Assembly (NCBI GenBank): GCA_028826165.1
Contig: JAPDFW010000067.1
Coordinates: forward strand, 124,001-188,000
Direction of reading: 5' to 3'
Source: Anaeramoeba ignava BMAN
Taxonomy: Eukaryota; Protista; Anaeramoebae
DNA: 64,000 nt
Shown: one piece after another, positions 48,156 through 63,490 of the stretch
Numbering within the stretch: position 1 is the first letter of the stretch
How the letters are laid out: each line of letters opens with the position of its first letter
Notes under the pieces: model-generated
Database searches by the model: none
Told to the model about the DNA's origin: nothing
The model's input: only the letters and a program-made list of their open reading frames with translations
Position numbers and translations under genes: made by a program

Positions 48156-51100
48156 TTATATTTTGAAAAATTTTTGATTTTTTGTAATCCAAATATCAAG
48201 ATAATTATTTAATTTTCTTGCATTTAAAATTTTCATCAAAATAATTTTTTTCACATTTGGTTCAAATTTTATATTTTCAAAAGTTTTAACAAAACGATTC
48301 ATGATATTTTCTACATTGTTTTGAGAATAAGAGTTTCTGATGTTGATTAATTCCAAAATTAAAATAACTTCAAAAAAACCATTCATTTGTGTTTTTGAAA
48401 TGGATTCAAAACAAATATCTTCAAAAAATTTAAATAAATCTTGGTCATCTCTGCAAATACATTGAATTAGTCTTTGTAAAGATAAAGCGCTAACTTTTTC
48501 TTTTATCATTTTTGTCCAAAATTCTCGAGTTTGATTCATGATCTCAATTATTTTGGATTTGGATTCATCTTTCAAATTAAAATAGAATGAACAAACCAAG
48601 AAAATCATCAATTCAAGAAGTGATTTAAATTGTGATATTTCAAATTTTTTTATATTATTTTTTTGGAAAATTCTCTGATCAATTTGTAAATATTCTTTTG
48701 ATGGATCATTTTTGAATATACAATTTGGTTCCACTTTTTTGATAAAGAAATCACTAAGTTTAATAATTAAATTATGTTCTAATAAATATTTTTGTTGTAA
48801 AGCTCCAATTTCTCCAAATTTATTGATAATTTGGAAAAAATATGATGGATCACAACCTGGAATAATATATTGGTCATTCTATTTTTATATTTTTATATTT
48901 TTATAATTTTTAAATTTGAATAATTTTTATTTTTGAATAATTTTTATATTTTTGGAAAATTACATTTTTAATCAAAAAATCGATAAATTTGAAAGAAACA
49001 CCATTTTTTTCATTTTCCATTTGAGTTTTTTTATCGTATTCTTTGTTAATAAAAAATTTATTCATACTAAAACAAGTTAAAATCAAATTAGCAAATTGTT
49101 CTTTTACAAAAATTGGGATTTGAGTGTTAACTAATATTTTTTTAATCCAACTTATTTTTTGAGTTATAACTGTTTCCAAAAACCAAATACACATATCATA
49201 ATTACTCTTGTAATAACTAACTAATTTTTGACTCCAATTCGTAAAATAAATTTGTTCATAAAAAAAAGCAAGAGCATCAAACCAAAAAAATGTACAAGAT
49301 TTGATAATTTTATTCTGAATATCTTTCATTAAAGGTTGTGGGCTTTTAGTAAGACAGGTTTTCTTTGAGAGTAAATTAAGCAAAAAATCAATAAAAGTTG
49401 TATTTTGTGGATCGAATTTTGATAGATGATCTCTCGATTGTTTTTGTATTTTTTCTTGAATAATATAATGATATTGATATTGATTTTCAATTTGATTTTG
49501 ATTTTCAATTTCATTTTGATATTGATTTTGATATTGATTTTGATATTGATATTGATTTTCATTTTCATTTTGATTTTCATTTTCAATTTGATATTGATTT
49601 TGATTTTGATTTTCATTTTGAATTTGATTTTGATATTGATTTTCATTTTCAATTTGATATTGATTTTGATATTGATTTTGATTTTCAATTTGATTTTGAA
49701 TTTCATTTTGATTTTCAATTTGATTTTGATTTTGAATTTGATTTAAATTTTGATTTTCATTTTGAATTTGATTTTGATTTTGATTTTGAATTTGATTTTT
49801 AATTTGATTTTCAATTTGAATTTGATTTTGAATTTGAATTTGATTTTGAATTTGATTTTCATTTTCATTTTCAATTTGATATTGATTTTGATATTGATTT
49901 TGAATTTCATTTTCATTTTCATTTTCATTTTGATTTTGAATTTGATTTTGATTTTGATTTTGATTTTGAGAACCTTTTTGATCATAAAATAGAATATAAG
50001 CCGAAAATGGATTCTTCTGAATTGTATTTGCAGAAAATTCATCTTGACCAAAAGCTTTCTTTTTTAGCAAAGATATATCGAAAGAAGTAATGGTTTCATC
50101 ATTAAATTCAACCCAATTTTCATTTGAAAGAAGCAATAAATCATCATTCGAATTACTTTGTGAATAGGAAAACCAATCTTCAATTTCTTGATTATTATCT
50201 TGAATATTATTATCTTGAATATTATTTTGTTCAATATTAATTTGTTGATTATCTTCAATATTAATTTGTTTATTTTCTTTATTATCTTCAATATCTTGAA
50301 TATTATCTTGAATATTGTTTTCTTGATTATCTTCAATATTATTATTTTGAATATTATTTTGTTGAATATTATTTTGTTGAATATTATTTTCTTGATTATC
50401 TTCAATATTAATTTGTTTATTTTCTTTATTATCTTGAATATCTTGAATATTATCTTGAATATTATTTTGTTGAATATTATTTTGTTGAATATTATTTTGT
50501 TGAATATTATTTTCTTGATTATCTTCAATATTAATTTGTTGATTTTCTTTATTATCTTGAATATTATTTTGTTGCTTTTGAGAAATTTGTTCATTGCTTT
50601 CTGGAAAATATTTATGTTTTCGATCTTTAATATAAGAGTAATAATGACCAGCATCTGCTTGACCAAAATGAATAACAATACCACCAAGTTTGTATTGAAA
50701 AGACTCTTTGTGTCTTTTTTCAAGTCCGTTTTGGATTTGATTTTTCTCAAAGAAATTTTCCAAGTTCAATTCTAATGGGAATTCAAAATATGAATTAATT
50801 CTTGTATTTTTCAATGCTTTACTATCAAACTGGAAACGTTTTAAATGAACCACAAGAACTTTTGGAAGTGATTTAAATTGAAATTGTTTGTATATTTTGG
50901 TTTTTTTCTTGCATTGCTCGCAATACAAACTGTTTGTCCCTTCAATAAGCTCTTTCTGCATAAAATCTCTTAAAGAGTTCAAAAGATTTCGCTTATTTTT
51001 GACTTCAAGTGATAAATTCATAAAGGATTCAAGTTTTGAAGAAGTTGGATGGTTTTGTACGCAAGTAATCTTGTCTTTCAATTCAAACCCAAATATTTTC

Positions 51101-54100
51101 TTTAATTCATCTTTTTTATCTGTTTTGCTTAATATTGCCTCAACATTCGACAATAATATTTGAAGAAACTCAAACGCATCTTGTTGTTTTTTTATATTTA
51201 ATAAATGCCCATTTACTTGACTGAAAGCTTGACAAAAATCTTTTGTATCGCAAACTGCAATTCGAGATTCTTCCATTTTATTGAATAAATTTTTCAATTG
51301 AATCAAAACATTCAAAATATTTTTTGATTCATTTTTCTCAAATTTCACTTTTTAAAAACAGAAAGAATAGAAATTAAATTTAAATTAAATCATTTCCAAA
51401 AGAAAGAAAAAAAAACAAAAAACTTACTCTCGATAGATTTTATATTCAGATCCAAAATAATTGAACGGAATTCTTTAATCCAAAATAATTGTTGAAGTAC
51501 AGAATTAATAAAACAAGTTGAACCAATATTCCTTAATCCAACATAACCATCAGGATTGATTTCTTTTTTTGGTGAGTTTTTGAAAATTCTAAATTCAATA
51601 TCATCGGAAATATTCGAGAGTTTTGCATAAATTTCATTGGCAAGAATTTTCATGTTATTAATGTTATCTTTCACAAGATCGAAAAGAAAAATTCTTGCGA
51701 TTTGTCGAGATGATTCAGTGCGAAATCCTGAATATAATTGTGTTAATATATGCGGAATCAATTTATATTGTTGTCCGTATTTTTCTTCGTTGTGAGAAAA
51801 GGATTGAGATGTTGATTTTTTTTGTAGATTAAGTGATTGCCACAATAAATAGATAAATTGACTATAAACTGGTTCAATTTTTTTGATGATTCGGGAATTG
51901 GATTTTTGGTTGAGATGATTCATTTGGAAGGCAATTTTGTCGCAAACCAAATTAAGGTTTTCCAAAAAAGATAAATTTTTGGGATCACTTTGGGTTAAAA
52001 TTGAGAAAGTGTCCATTTGTGGGTTCATAGTGATATTTTTGTTATCTAGTTCATCTTTTTGGAAAGATATGATCTTTTGAAGAAGTTGGAAAAACTCAAA
52101 TGAATTTTTGGGATATTGAATTGTATATGAAAGTAGTTTTGTTAACTGTTCGAAAATGAAGTTTCTTGTTTCTTTTTGGTCAAAACCTTCGGAATCTCTC
52201 ATTTTCCAAATTTCAACCACAAAAGTCTGTGTTGAGGATCGAATCTTTTGGGAATTAGTTATAATCAATGCGTTTAAGAGCCAAATGAAAAAGGGAGTTG
52301 ACCAAAAAGAAGTTTTGTAATCATCCTCGTTTTGATTTTCTTTTTGAGATTGTGTTTCCAAATAATTTTGGTTACTGTTATTGTTGTTGTTATTGTTATT
52401 ATTTTTCAAATTCAAAGCTTCATTTTCAGAAGATTCTTTATGAATATTTGATTTTGGATGAGTTTCATGGATGTTTTGGATGATATGGAAATTTCTTGGG
52501 GTTTTCATCAAAATCAATAATAAAGTAAATATTGATAGATAGATCACATTTTCTATTCTATTATCGATTTCCTGAATTTTAAATAACAAGAAAAAATTCA
52601 GTCTCTTCATAAACTCTAGAAGTAAAAATATTAATCCATAAAGAGGTCTTATTAAATTTTCGAGATCTGACTTATCAATTAAGCGGTTGATATCTTGAGA
52701 AAAGCGGATATTTTCTGGATAATGCTTGGGTTGTGGGGGTTCATATGTGGCAATATATATAACTTCTTGGAGTATCAATTCAAGCACTTGCAAAATACCT
52801 GCCTTCTTTGTAAGAATATAACGGAAAATAAAATAGTGGAAAAAGTATTTTGGGTATTCTATTATTGCTGATTCAAACTGGTCAATACCGCCAGAGCTGT
52901 TGATGCTTGGGAAGCTTGCATCTCTTTTCAAATCTTCATTAAAATCCATTTCTTGAAATAGTGAAAGTTGGATTTTTTCATAAGCAACTCTTCCCGTTTC
53001 AAGATGAGAAATTTTGTGATCAATAATCTTGCACAGGTTTAAGAACAGCCTAAGCAGTTGATTAAATCCCTTTTTATCCAGAAAGTTTTTGATCCATTTC
53101 GGATCTTTAAAGCTGTAAAAATTTTCATTTGCAGATTTTGGATTTTGATCTGATATAAGAAAAAGCTCTAAAATTTGCAAAGAATATAAGATGTGATAAA
53201 TGTTTTTCATATCAAATTCAGGCAAACAACTCTTGTTTTGCTTTATTTTTTTGATTTTTTTTTCCAGTGCTGAATTTGACTTGGAATTTAAATTGCGGAA
53301 TTTTTCTTTTAAATGATCTTTAAAAGGAAAAAAAATTGATATTTTTTTCATTGGATTCACATGATAACAATTAAAATGAATTGGATGTGTTGGCAATAAT
53401 AAAGCTAATTTAAAGGCTTCATCTGCAATATAAGATGGGAATTTCCACAAATTTTGTATTTCTTGGAATATTTTAGGAGAAGTAAGAAAACGAGCAGGAA
53501 GTCTATCTGAGTATTCTTGGTTGAAAAATTTTTGGAAGATGTGTGATCCACCCTAAAATTAATATTAATTTAATAAATATTTAATAAATATTTAATGAAT
53601 ATTTAATGAATATTTAATGAATCCACCTAAAATTAATATTAATTTAATAAATATTTAATAAATATTTAATGAATATTTAATGAATATTTAATGAATATTT
53701 AATAAATATTAATTTAATGAATATTAATTTAATAAATATATTTTGTTTTGAAAATGTTTTGATTTGATTTGATTTGATTTGATTTGATTTGTTTTGATTT
53801 GATTTGATAAATACACCAATAGCACAACCATTTTTTCGAATAGATCTGCATTGATTAGGATAAATTTGATCATTTTGTTGAGAAAAATCTGTTCTTGATT
53901 TCTTCTTTTTGGATTGATTGAATTCCAAGTTTCCATTGAACTGATTTCTTTGGAAAAAAAACGTGATTTTATCGTCCACATCGAAAGAGTTAAGAGTTTG
54001 TGTTTTTGAGTTAAAATTAATTACTTTGGATTGATGTTTGATAATCAATTCTTGTGGATTAACATTTTCCCTCTTTGATATTTCTTTTCGAATTAAATCA

Positions 54101-57100
54101 AGAGGAATATGACGATATGTATTGAATTCGTGCTTTGTTCCTGTTAATTGACTGAAAGCTTGAACACAAATTGGCGAGAAATTGATTTTCTCAAAATGTG
54201 GACGAAGTTCTTCAAACAAATAGTTGTTGTTAAAAACATGGTCATAAGAATTAACCAATGACTGAAGTAGCACAATGCATCGCAAAATATTGCGTTCAAG
54301 TTGAATTTTAGTTTCCTCCATATTGGAATTGAATTTCTCAGGGATTTTGAATTTGCGGGTGTATCTTCTTATTGATCTCTTCTCACGCTTGGTATATTTT
54401 GATGAAATCCGAAACAAAAACTCAGTTATTGTTTGCAGTAATTTAATGCGTGCATTTACGGGTGACTTTGTTGCTATTGAAACGAAAATTGAGGAATAAA
54501 ACCTGATTGCGTAATTTGCAACTTTTGGATTCACAACTGAAATTATAATTTTAAACAAATAATCAATAAAAGGAATCTTATCGGAAACAACAATCCAATT
54601 TCGGAAGTAATTTCCATGCGCATTTCTCCAATCATCAAAGCTATCATCATCTTCCATTGCGTTTGGATTGAATTTATAATCGAGAGATTTTGGATTGAAA
54701 ATCTCGATAACTTTGGATTTATATGCATAATAAAGAAACTGTTTTCGGAAAGCATTAAATTGAGAAGAAGTCATATTTTTCGGGTCAATTTGGCAAACAA
54801 TATCCGTAAGCGTTTGCTCAAATGTTTTGTTAGTGAATGAGGAGAAAAGTATTTTGGATGTTGAATGCCCATGATCATATGCTGTTTGTACAAATCCAGA
54901 ATCCAACTTCTTTTCAAACTGAGCAAAGTGTTGATCCTCAATATTGATTGAAATTCTGTCAAGCCAAACAAAAAATAAATCATTATCACTTGTTGTAAAT
55001 GTGTATTTTTCAATCACATCCCATATTGCTTGAATTTGTGCAAAAGAAATTTGAATACAAGAGCGAGAAAGGATATTCGCAAGGAAATCAAGTCGATATT
55101 GAATTTCTTGGTGATGGGGATATTTTCCACAAAGTAATTTTGTTGTTGAATCAAATTCGGATTCAACTTTTTTTTTGTCTTATTTTGGAAGAAAAAAGAA
55201 AGAAAAAACATTTAGAATTTGGAATGAAAGTTTTGGATTATGTAATTGAATTACCTGGAGAATCTGTTGTTATAATCCCCATGTTCTTGGCTTCCAATTT
55301 TGAATTTGTTAAGTATTCAATAAGATCATCAGTAACTAACTTAATTAGTTGCCAATTTTCTTCGACTTTATTGATTTTTTTTGAAGGGTTTTTCTTTTTT
55401 TTATGATTTGAATTTTTTGACAAAGGAATGACTATTAAAAGTTCATATAAGATTTGGAGAGAATAAAAAGATGAGAAGTGATTCTGTAAATTATTCAAGC
55501 ACATGAACCTATATAATCTGCGATATAACCTCGCTGAATCATTATTAATCAATGATTTGAAACTTTCGAGCGATATCATCTCTACATCTTGACTGGAAAC
55601 AATCTTTTCATGAATGATGTCCCACAACAACGAAAATCCAAACATTTGAATATTGGATTTTGAATATGATGTTGTTTTGTTGATAATTTGCAGATCAAGT
55701 TCTTGAGAAGTGAGAAATTCTCTATTCAAACCACTTTGTGATTCCCTTGCTATTTCCTGAGCAATATCTTTGAATTTTTCCTTGTTCTCAAGAAAATAAT
55801 TATAAGATGTGGATTTCCATTGCTCGTTTTCAAGTATGTTGGTTGTTAATTTTTCAATAAATAATATTTTTTGGGTGTTCAAAGAAGAATCATGAAAACC
55901 TTGTATATATTCATTAATATCATCAATTTGTTTTGGATCCTTAATGGATTTTATCATCATGCAAAATATTTTTTCGAGTGATTTGGATCCTGAATCTACA
56001 TTCCATACTTTTTTTTGTGGTGAAAAAATCTGGAATAGTTTTGAAATCCAAGTCTCTTGAGGTGCTTTTATCTTGAGAATGAAACAGAAAATTTTTTGCA
56101 GATCAGAAAGATAATCCATATAATTATTAACAGATATTTCTGTTGTTGCAATTGCATCCAAATAGTTTTCTATGAGTTTTGTGGTATCAAAAAATTTCAT
56201 CAAAAAATCCACTATAAATTGCTTTTCAGTTTGAGATTTATTCAATTCTGGATCAATTTTGAATTCATATAATCTTGTAGTATTTCTGAGATAAATGATG
56301 AAGTTATTTGGATCTCATAAAGAAGATCTTGAAATGAAAAATCGTAATTTATAAATTTATCAGTAATCACCAATAAAATTTTTTCAAAGAAAGTATGAAA
56401 AATATCTTTCTGAATATTTTTCTCAGTAAAAGGATAAAGCTTAAATAAAGAAAAATCAAATTGTGATATTAATAGAAAGAAAATTCCCAAAAAATAATCA
56501 AAAAAAACAAAAAAGAATAATTTACTGTAAATGATAATTTCAAATAATCTAAAAGTAAAGGAAAAGGAATAGAAACTAGTTCTTGAGATTCATTAATCCT
56601 AGAAATGAAATTGTGAAAAATATCAAATCCAGAAATAGATCCAAAAAATTGAATATTTTCAAAAAGAAATAGAGAATTTGAATCATCATTTTCCTAAATA
56701 TAATCAAAACAAAAAACAAAACAAATAATGATTAATTTTCTTTTTCTTTTTTCTTTTTCTTTTTTCTTTTTTATACTTCTAAATTTGCAAATCTAATTTT
56801 TTGAGATTGATTAATATTCAAATCAAGATTGAAATTAAGATCCAAATTAAATGAAGATAGAGCACTATTAAAATCAGGAGTATGATTATCTGGATTTGGA
56901 TCTTTTATTAATTTTTCTTTGTAAATTTTGAAAAAATCTTGGAGAGGTGAGTTTCGATAAGAATCCCTTTTTTCTTTATAGATTTTATTTGAAGATGAAT
57001 AGGAAACTGTATCAAATGAATAAGTAGATTTTTGGAAAATTAAAACTAAATTTTTTAAACAACCAATATTTCCTTGTAAATTTTTTAAACAATGAAAAAT

Positions 57101-57865
57101 GATTAATTGGAATAACTTAGACAGTTCAATTTGAGCATTTAAAGTTAAATTTCTTTTTATTTTTTTTTTTGGAAAACGCATTATTAAGTGGAATTTTATT
57201 TAAAAAAAAAAATAATCAATAAATGAATAAGTAAATAAAGTTAGTTTTTATTTTTATTTTTATTTTTGTTTTTATTTACGTTTTTATTTTTGTTTTTATT
57301 TTTATTTTAGTTTTTATTTTTGTTTTTATTTACGTTTTTGAAGGAAATTTAATAAATTTTTGGATTGTCTCTTCATCTAAAGTTTCTTTTTCTTTTTGAT
57401 TTTGATTTTGATTTTTTAATTCAACAATTTGATTAAAAAATTGTATAAATAAATTTTTGTTCAATAAATTAAATGTGTTTGTATTTGCTATGAAAAGTTT
57501 TTTAAAAAAACAAAAACAAAAACAAAAACAAATATTAATTTTTTTTTTTTTAAATTTTTAATTATTTTTTTACTTTGATCAAAAAGAATTTTTGGATCTT
57601 GTTGGAAATTTGATTTATTGTTTAAATTCAAATTTGTAAAAGAATAAGGAGTCCAATTATCTTCAATATCGAAATTTGAAAAAGAGTTATCGTTGTTGTC
57701 AATTTTGTTATTATTTTCATTATTATTTTCTTTTTTAGGATTGTTCCTAATTTCCATTTCGTTATTTATGTCTTTTTGTATATTAAAATTTTTTTGATCA
57801 ATGAAAATTCGATTTTCATTTAATTTTTCATTTTCATTTTCATTTTCATTTTCATTTGAATTCAT
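48156..57865 (-). CDS. Large ubiquitin-specific protease (C19; USP9X/USP24/USP34-like), ~9 exons, one apparent 1-nt frameshift near 56257
   Basis: Cys box [30 protein letters not shown], His box [22 protein letters not shown]; [15 protein letters not shown] armadillo-like segment. Confidence 0.9.
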
Positions 57866-58125
57866 TTTAAAAAAAAATAAAAAAACTAGAAAAAAAAAAT
57901 GAAAAAAAAAAAATAAAAAAATTTTTTATTTCATCAAATTTTGATAATTTTTTTTTAATAAATAATCCAAATTTAATTAATCATTTTTAAAGAAAAAAAG
58001 AAATTGAAAGAAAATAAATGGAAAGATGTGAAAAGAATTTTTTAATAAAAAGGAGAAATTGAAAAAAATTTTAATTTTTCATTTTTTATTTTTCATTTTT
58101 TTCATTTTTTTTTAAATTATAAAAA

Positions 58126-60340
<2,215 letters not shown>

Positions 60341-60475
60341 AAATTAAAAGCAAGAATTTTTTATAAAGATAAAAATATAAAGTTAATAAAGTTAATAAAG
60401 TTAAAAAAAAAATATTTTAATATTTAAATGAATTCTTTAGTAAATAAAAAATAATAAATAAAATGATAAGAAAAA

Positions 60476-61672
60476 TTAATTAAATTTATAATTATAAATT
60501 ATATCATATAATTTCATTAAACAATCATCAAAAGAAGAATCAGTTCCTAAATCAAGAATTTTTTGAAGTTGATAAATTTGATTATCTGCTTGTTGAGTTT
60601 CGAGAAAGAGTTGATTTATTTTTGGAATTATATCACAATCTGAACCAATTTTAAATAAATTCTTTAGATGATTAATGATTTGATTAGAAGAGTAACTTTG
60701 TTCAAAATTTGAAAAGGAAAGTTTTGAGGAATAAGAATGATTTGGTTTGCTTTTTTGTGTTAAAATTTCATCTATTTTGGATTCAATAATTGAATAATCA
60801 GAAATTCCAAGTTTAGAGGAAATTGAATCAAGAATTTTTTCGTTTTCAAATTGATTTTCATTCTCGACTTTATTTTGGATTTTTGGAAGAGAATCTTGAA
60901 GATTTTGAAAAGTTTTAGTTAATTTTTTTTCGATTAATTGTTGTTCATTAATTAAAGATTTGAGTTCTGATTGTAAATGAATAATTTGAGATGATTTTGA
61001 TTTTTGATTTTGATTTTGATTTTTATTTTGATTTTTATTTTGATTTTGATTTTGATTTTGGATTTGATTTTCATTTTCATTTTGATTTTCATTTTGATTT
61101 TGATTTGATTTTTGTGGATCGAAAGATTCTAATTTTTCACAAAGAAGAGAATTTTCATTTTTTAAAGAATAAATTATATCTTCTAATTCTTGATTTCTTG
61201 TTCTTAGTTTTTGGTATTCTTCAGAATATTTTTGATTTCCTTCTTTTAAAAGACCAACTTCAATTGATAAGTAATTATTTTGATTGATTAAGTTTTGGTT
61301 TTTGGATTTTAAATTTTCAAGTGATTTTAAAATTGAAAGAATTTTTTGGATCAAAATATTTTTTGATTGTTCCTCGAAATTATCTTTTGGAATGGATGAG
61401 AATCCATGAAGAAGCAATAAATCATTGACTTTGAGAAGATCGTAGTTTGGTGGTGTTGGTGGGTGTTGATCATTTTGGTTCTGAAAAAGGGATTGATTTT
61501 GTGGAGAAAAGTCATTTGATTGTTCAATGATTTGTTGAAGAGAATTTGCAATTATTTGACCAGCTTCTTTTTGTTTTTGCTCGATTTCGTTCTGTTTTTC
61601 ATTTTGAAAATATTGATTTGGAAGAGGATCATTGAGGTTTTTTTGTATTTGGTTATTAATAGATGTTTCCAT
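60476..61672 (-). CDS. CEP70-like coiled-coil centrosomal protein
   Basis: N-terminal VNDLLLLHGF and C-terminal IINHLKNLFKI....DIIPKINQLF....NQIYQLQKILDL resemble the conserved CEP70 blocks. Confidence 0.6.
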   Translation of the reverse strand: METSINNQIQKNLNDPLPNQYFQNEKQNEIEQKQKEAGQIIANSLQQIIEQSNDFSPQNQSLFQNQNDQHPPTPPNYDLLKVNDLLLLHGFSSIPKDNFEEQSKNILIQKILSILKSLENLKSKNQNLINQNNYLSIEVGLLKEGNQKYSEEYQKLRTRNQELEDIIYSLKNENSLLCEKLESFDPQKSNQNQNENQNENENQIQNQNQNQNKNQNKNQNQNQKSKSSQIIHLQSELKSLINEQQLIEKKLTKTFQNLQDSLPKIQNKVENENQFENEKILDSISSKLGISDYSIIESKIDEILTQKSKPNHSYSSKLSFSNFEQSYSSNQIINHLKNLFKIGSDCDIIPKINQLFLETQQADNQIYQLQKILDLGTDSSFDDCLMKLYDIIYNYKFN

Positions 61673-61819
61673 TGAAATAAAAAAAAAAAGTGAAAATAAA
61701 AAAATCATTTTTCATTTTTGCTTTTTCATTTTTTCATTTTTCATTTTTCATTTTTCATTTTTAACTTTTTAATTTCTTTTTTCTTTTAACATTAAATTAA
61801 CTTTTTTTAAATTTTTCAA

Positions 61820-63480
61820 ATTTTTAAATTAAATTAAATTAAAATTAAATTCATTTCAAAATTAAATTAAATTAAATTAAATTAAATTAAATTAAATTCA
61901 ATTAAATTAAATTCATTTCAAAATTAAATTAAATTAAATTCAAAATTAAATTAAATTAAATTCAATTAAATTAAATTCATTTCAAAATTCAATTCATTTC
62001 AAAATTAAATTAATTTCAAAATTAAATTCATTTCAATTCAAAATTAAATTCAATTCATTTCAATTCAAAATTAAATTAAATTCAATTCATTTCAAAATTA
62101 AATTAATTTCAAAATTAAATTAAATTCAATTAAATTCAAAATTAAATTAAATTCATTTCAAAATTCAATTCATTTCAAAATTAAATTAAATTAATTTCAA
62201 AATTAAATTAAATTAAATTAAATTCAATTCAAAATTAAATTCAAAATTAAATTAAATTCAATTAAATTCAATATTAAATTAAATTCATTTCAAAATTAAA
62301 TTAAATTAAATTCATTTCAAAATTAAATTAAATTCAAAATTAAATTAAATTCATTTCAAAATTAAATTCAAAATTAAATTAAATTAAATTCATTTCAAAA
62401 TTAAATTCAAAATTAAATTAAATTAAATTCAATTCAAAATTCATTTCAATTCAAAATTCAATTAAATTCAATTCATTTCAATTCAAAATTAAATTAAATT
62501 CAATTCATTTCAATTCAAAATTAAATTAAATTAATTTCAAAATTAAATTAAATTAAATTAAATTAAATTCAAAATTAAATTAAATTCAATTAAATTCAAT
62601 ATTAAATTAAATTCATTTCAAAATTCATTTCAATTCAAAATTAAATTAAATTTATTTCAAAATTAAATTCATTTCAAAATTAAATTCATTTCAAAATTCA
62701 TTTCAAAATTAAATTAAATTAAATTCAAAATTCAATTCAAAATTAAATTAAATTCATTTCAAAATTCAATTAAATTAAATTAAATTAAATTAAATTAAAT
62801 TAAATTCATTTCAAAATTAAATTAAATTCAATTCAAAATTAAATTAAATTAAATTAAATTAAATTAAATTAAATTCAAAATTAAATTCAAAATTAAATTA
62901 AATTCAAAATTCAATATTAAATTCATTTCAAAATTAAATTAAATTAAATTCAATTAAATTCAATTCAAAATTAAATTAAATTCAAAATTCAATATTAAAT
63001 TCAAAATTAAATTCAAAATTAAATTAAATTCATTTCAAAATTAAATTCATTTCAAAATTAAATTAAATTAAATTAAATTCAAAATTAAATTAAATTAAAT
63101 TCATTTCAAAATTAAATTAAATTAAATTCATTTCAAAATTCAATTCAAAATTAAATTAAATTCATTTCAAAATTAAATTAAATTAAATTCATTTCAAAAT
63201 TAAATTAAATTAAATTCATTTCAAAATTAAATTAAATTAAATTCATTTCAAAATTCATTTCAATTCAAAATCAAATTAAATTCATTTCAAAATTAAATTC
63301 AAAATTAAATTAAATTCAATTAAATTCAATATTAAATTAAATTCATTTCAAAATTAAATTCAAAATTAAATTAAATTCAAAATTAAATTAAATTCATTTC
63401 AAAATTAAATTAAATTCAAAATTAAATTCATTTCAAAATTAAATTAAATTAAATTAAATTCAATTCAAAATTAAATTTTT
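61820..63480 (+). repeat. G-free (AAATT/AAATTC/ATTTCA)n satellite ending at a TTTAG acceptor
   Basis: Direct inspection; no G seen on + between 61721 and 63489. Confidence 0.9.
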
Positions 63481-63490
63481 ATAAATTTAG

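Noticed and set aside
5244-50775. Many ORF-track entries with poly-IL, DF, IKI, FV or INF translations (e.g. 5244-5771, 24237-25340, 31174-31548, 45435-46621, 50188-50775)
   Set aside because: Antisense or off-frame readings of simple repeats, or of intronic and intergenic satellites
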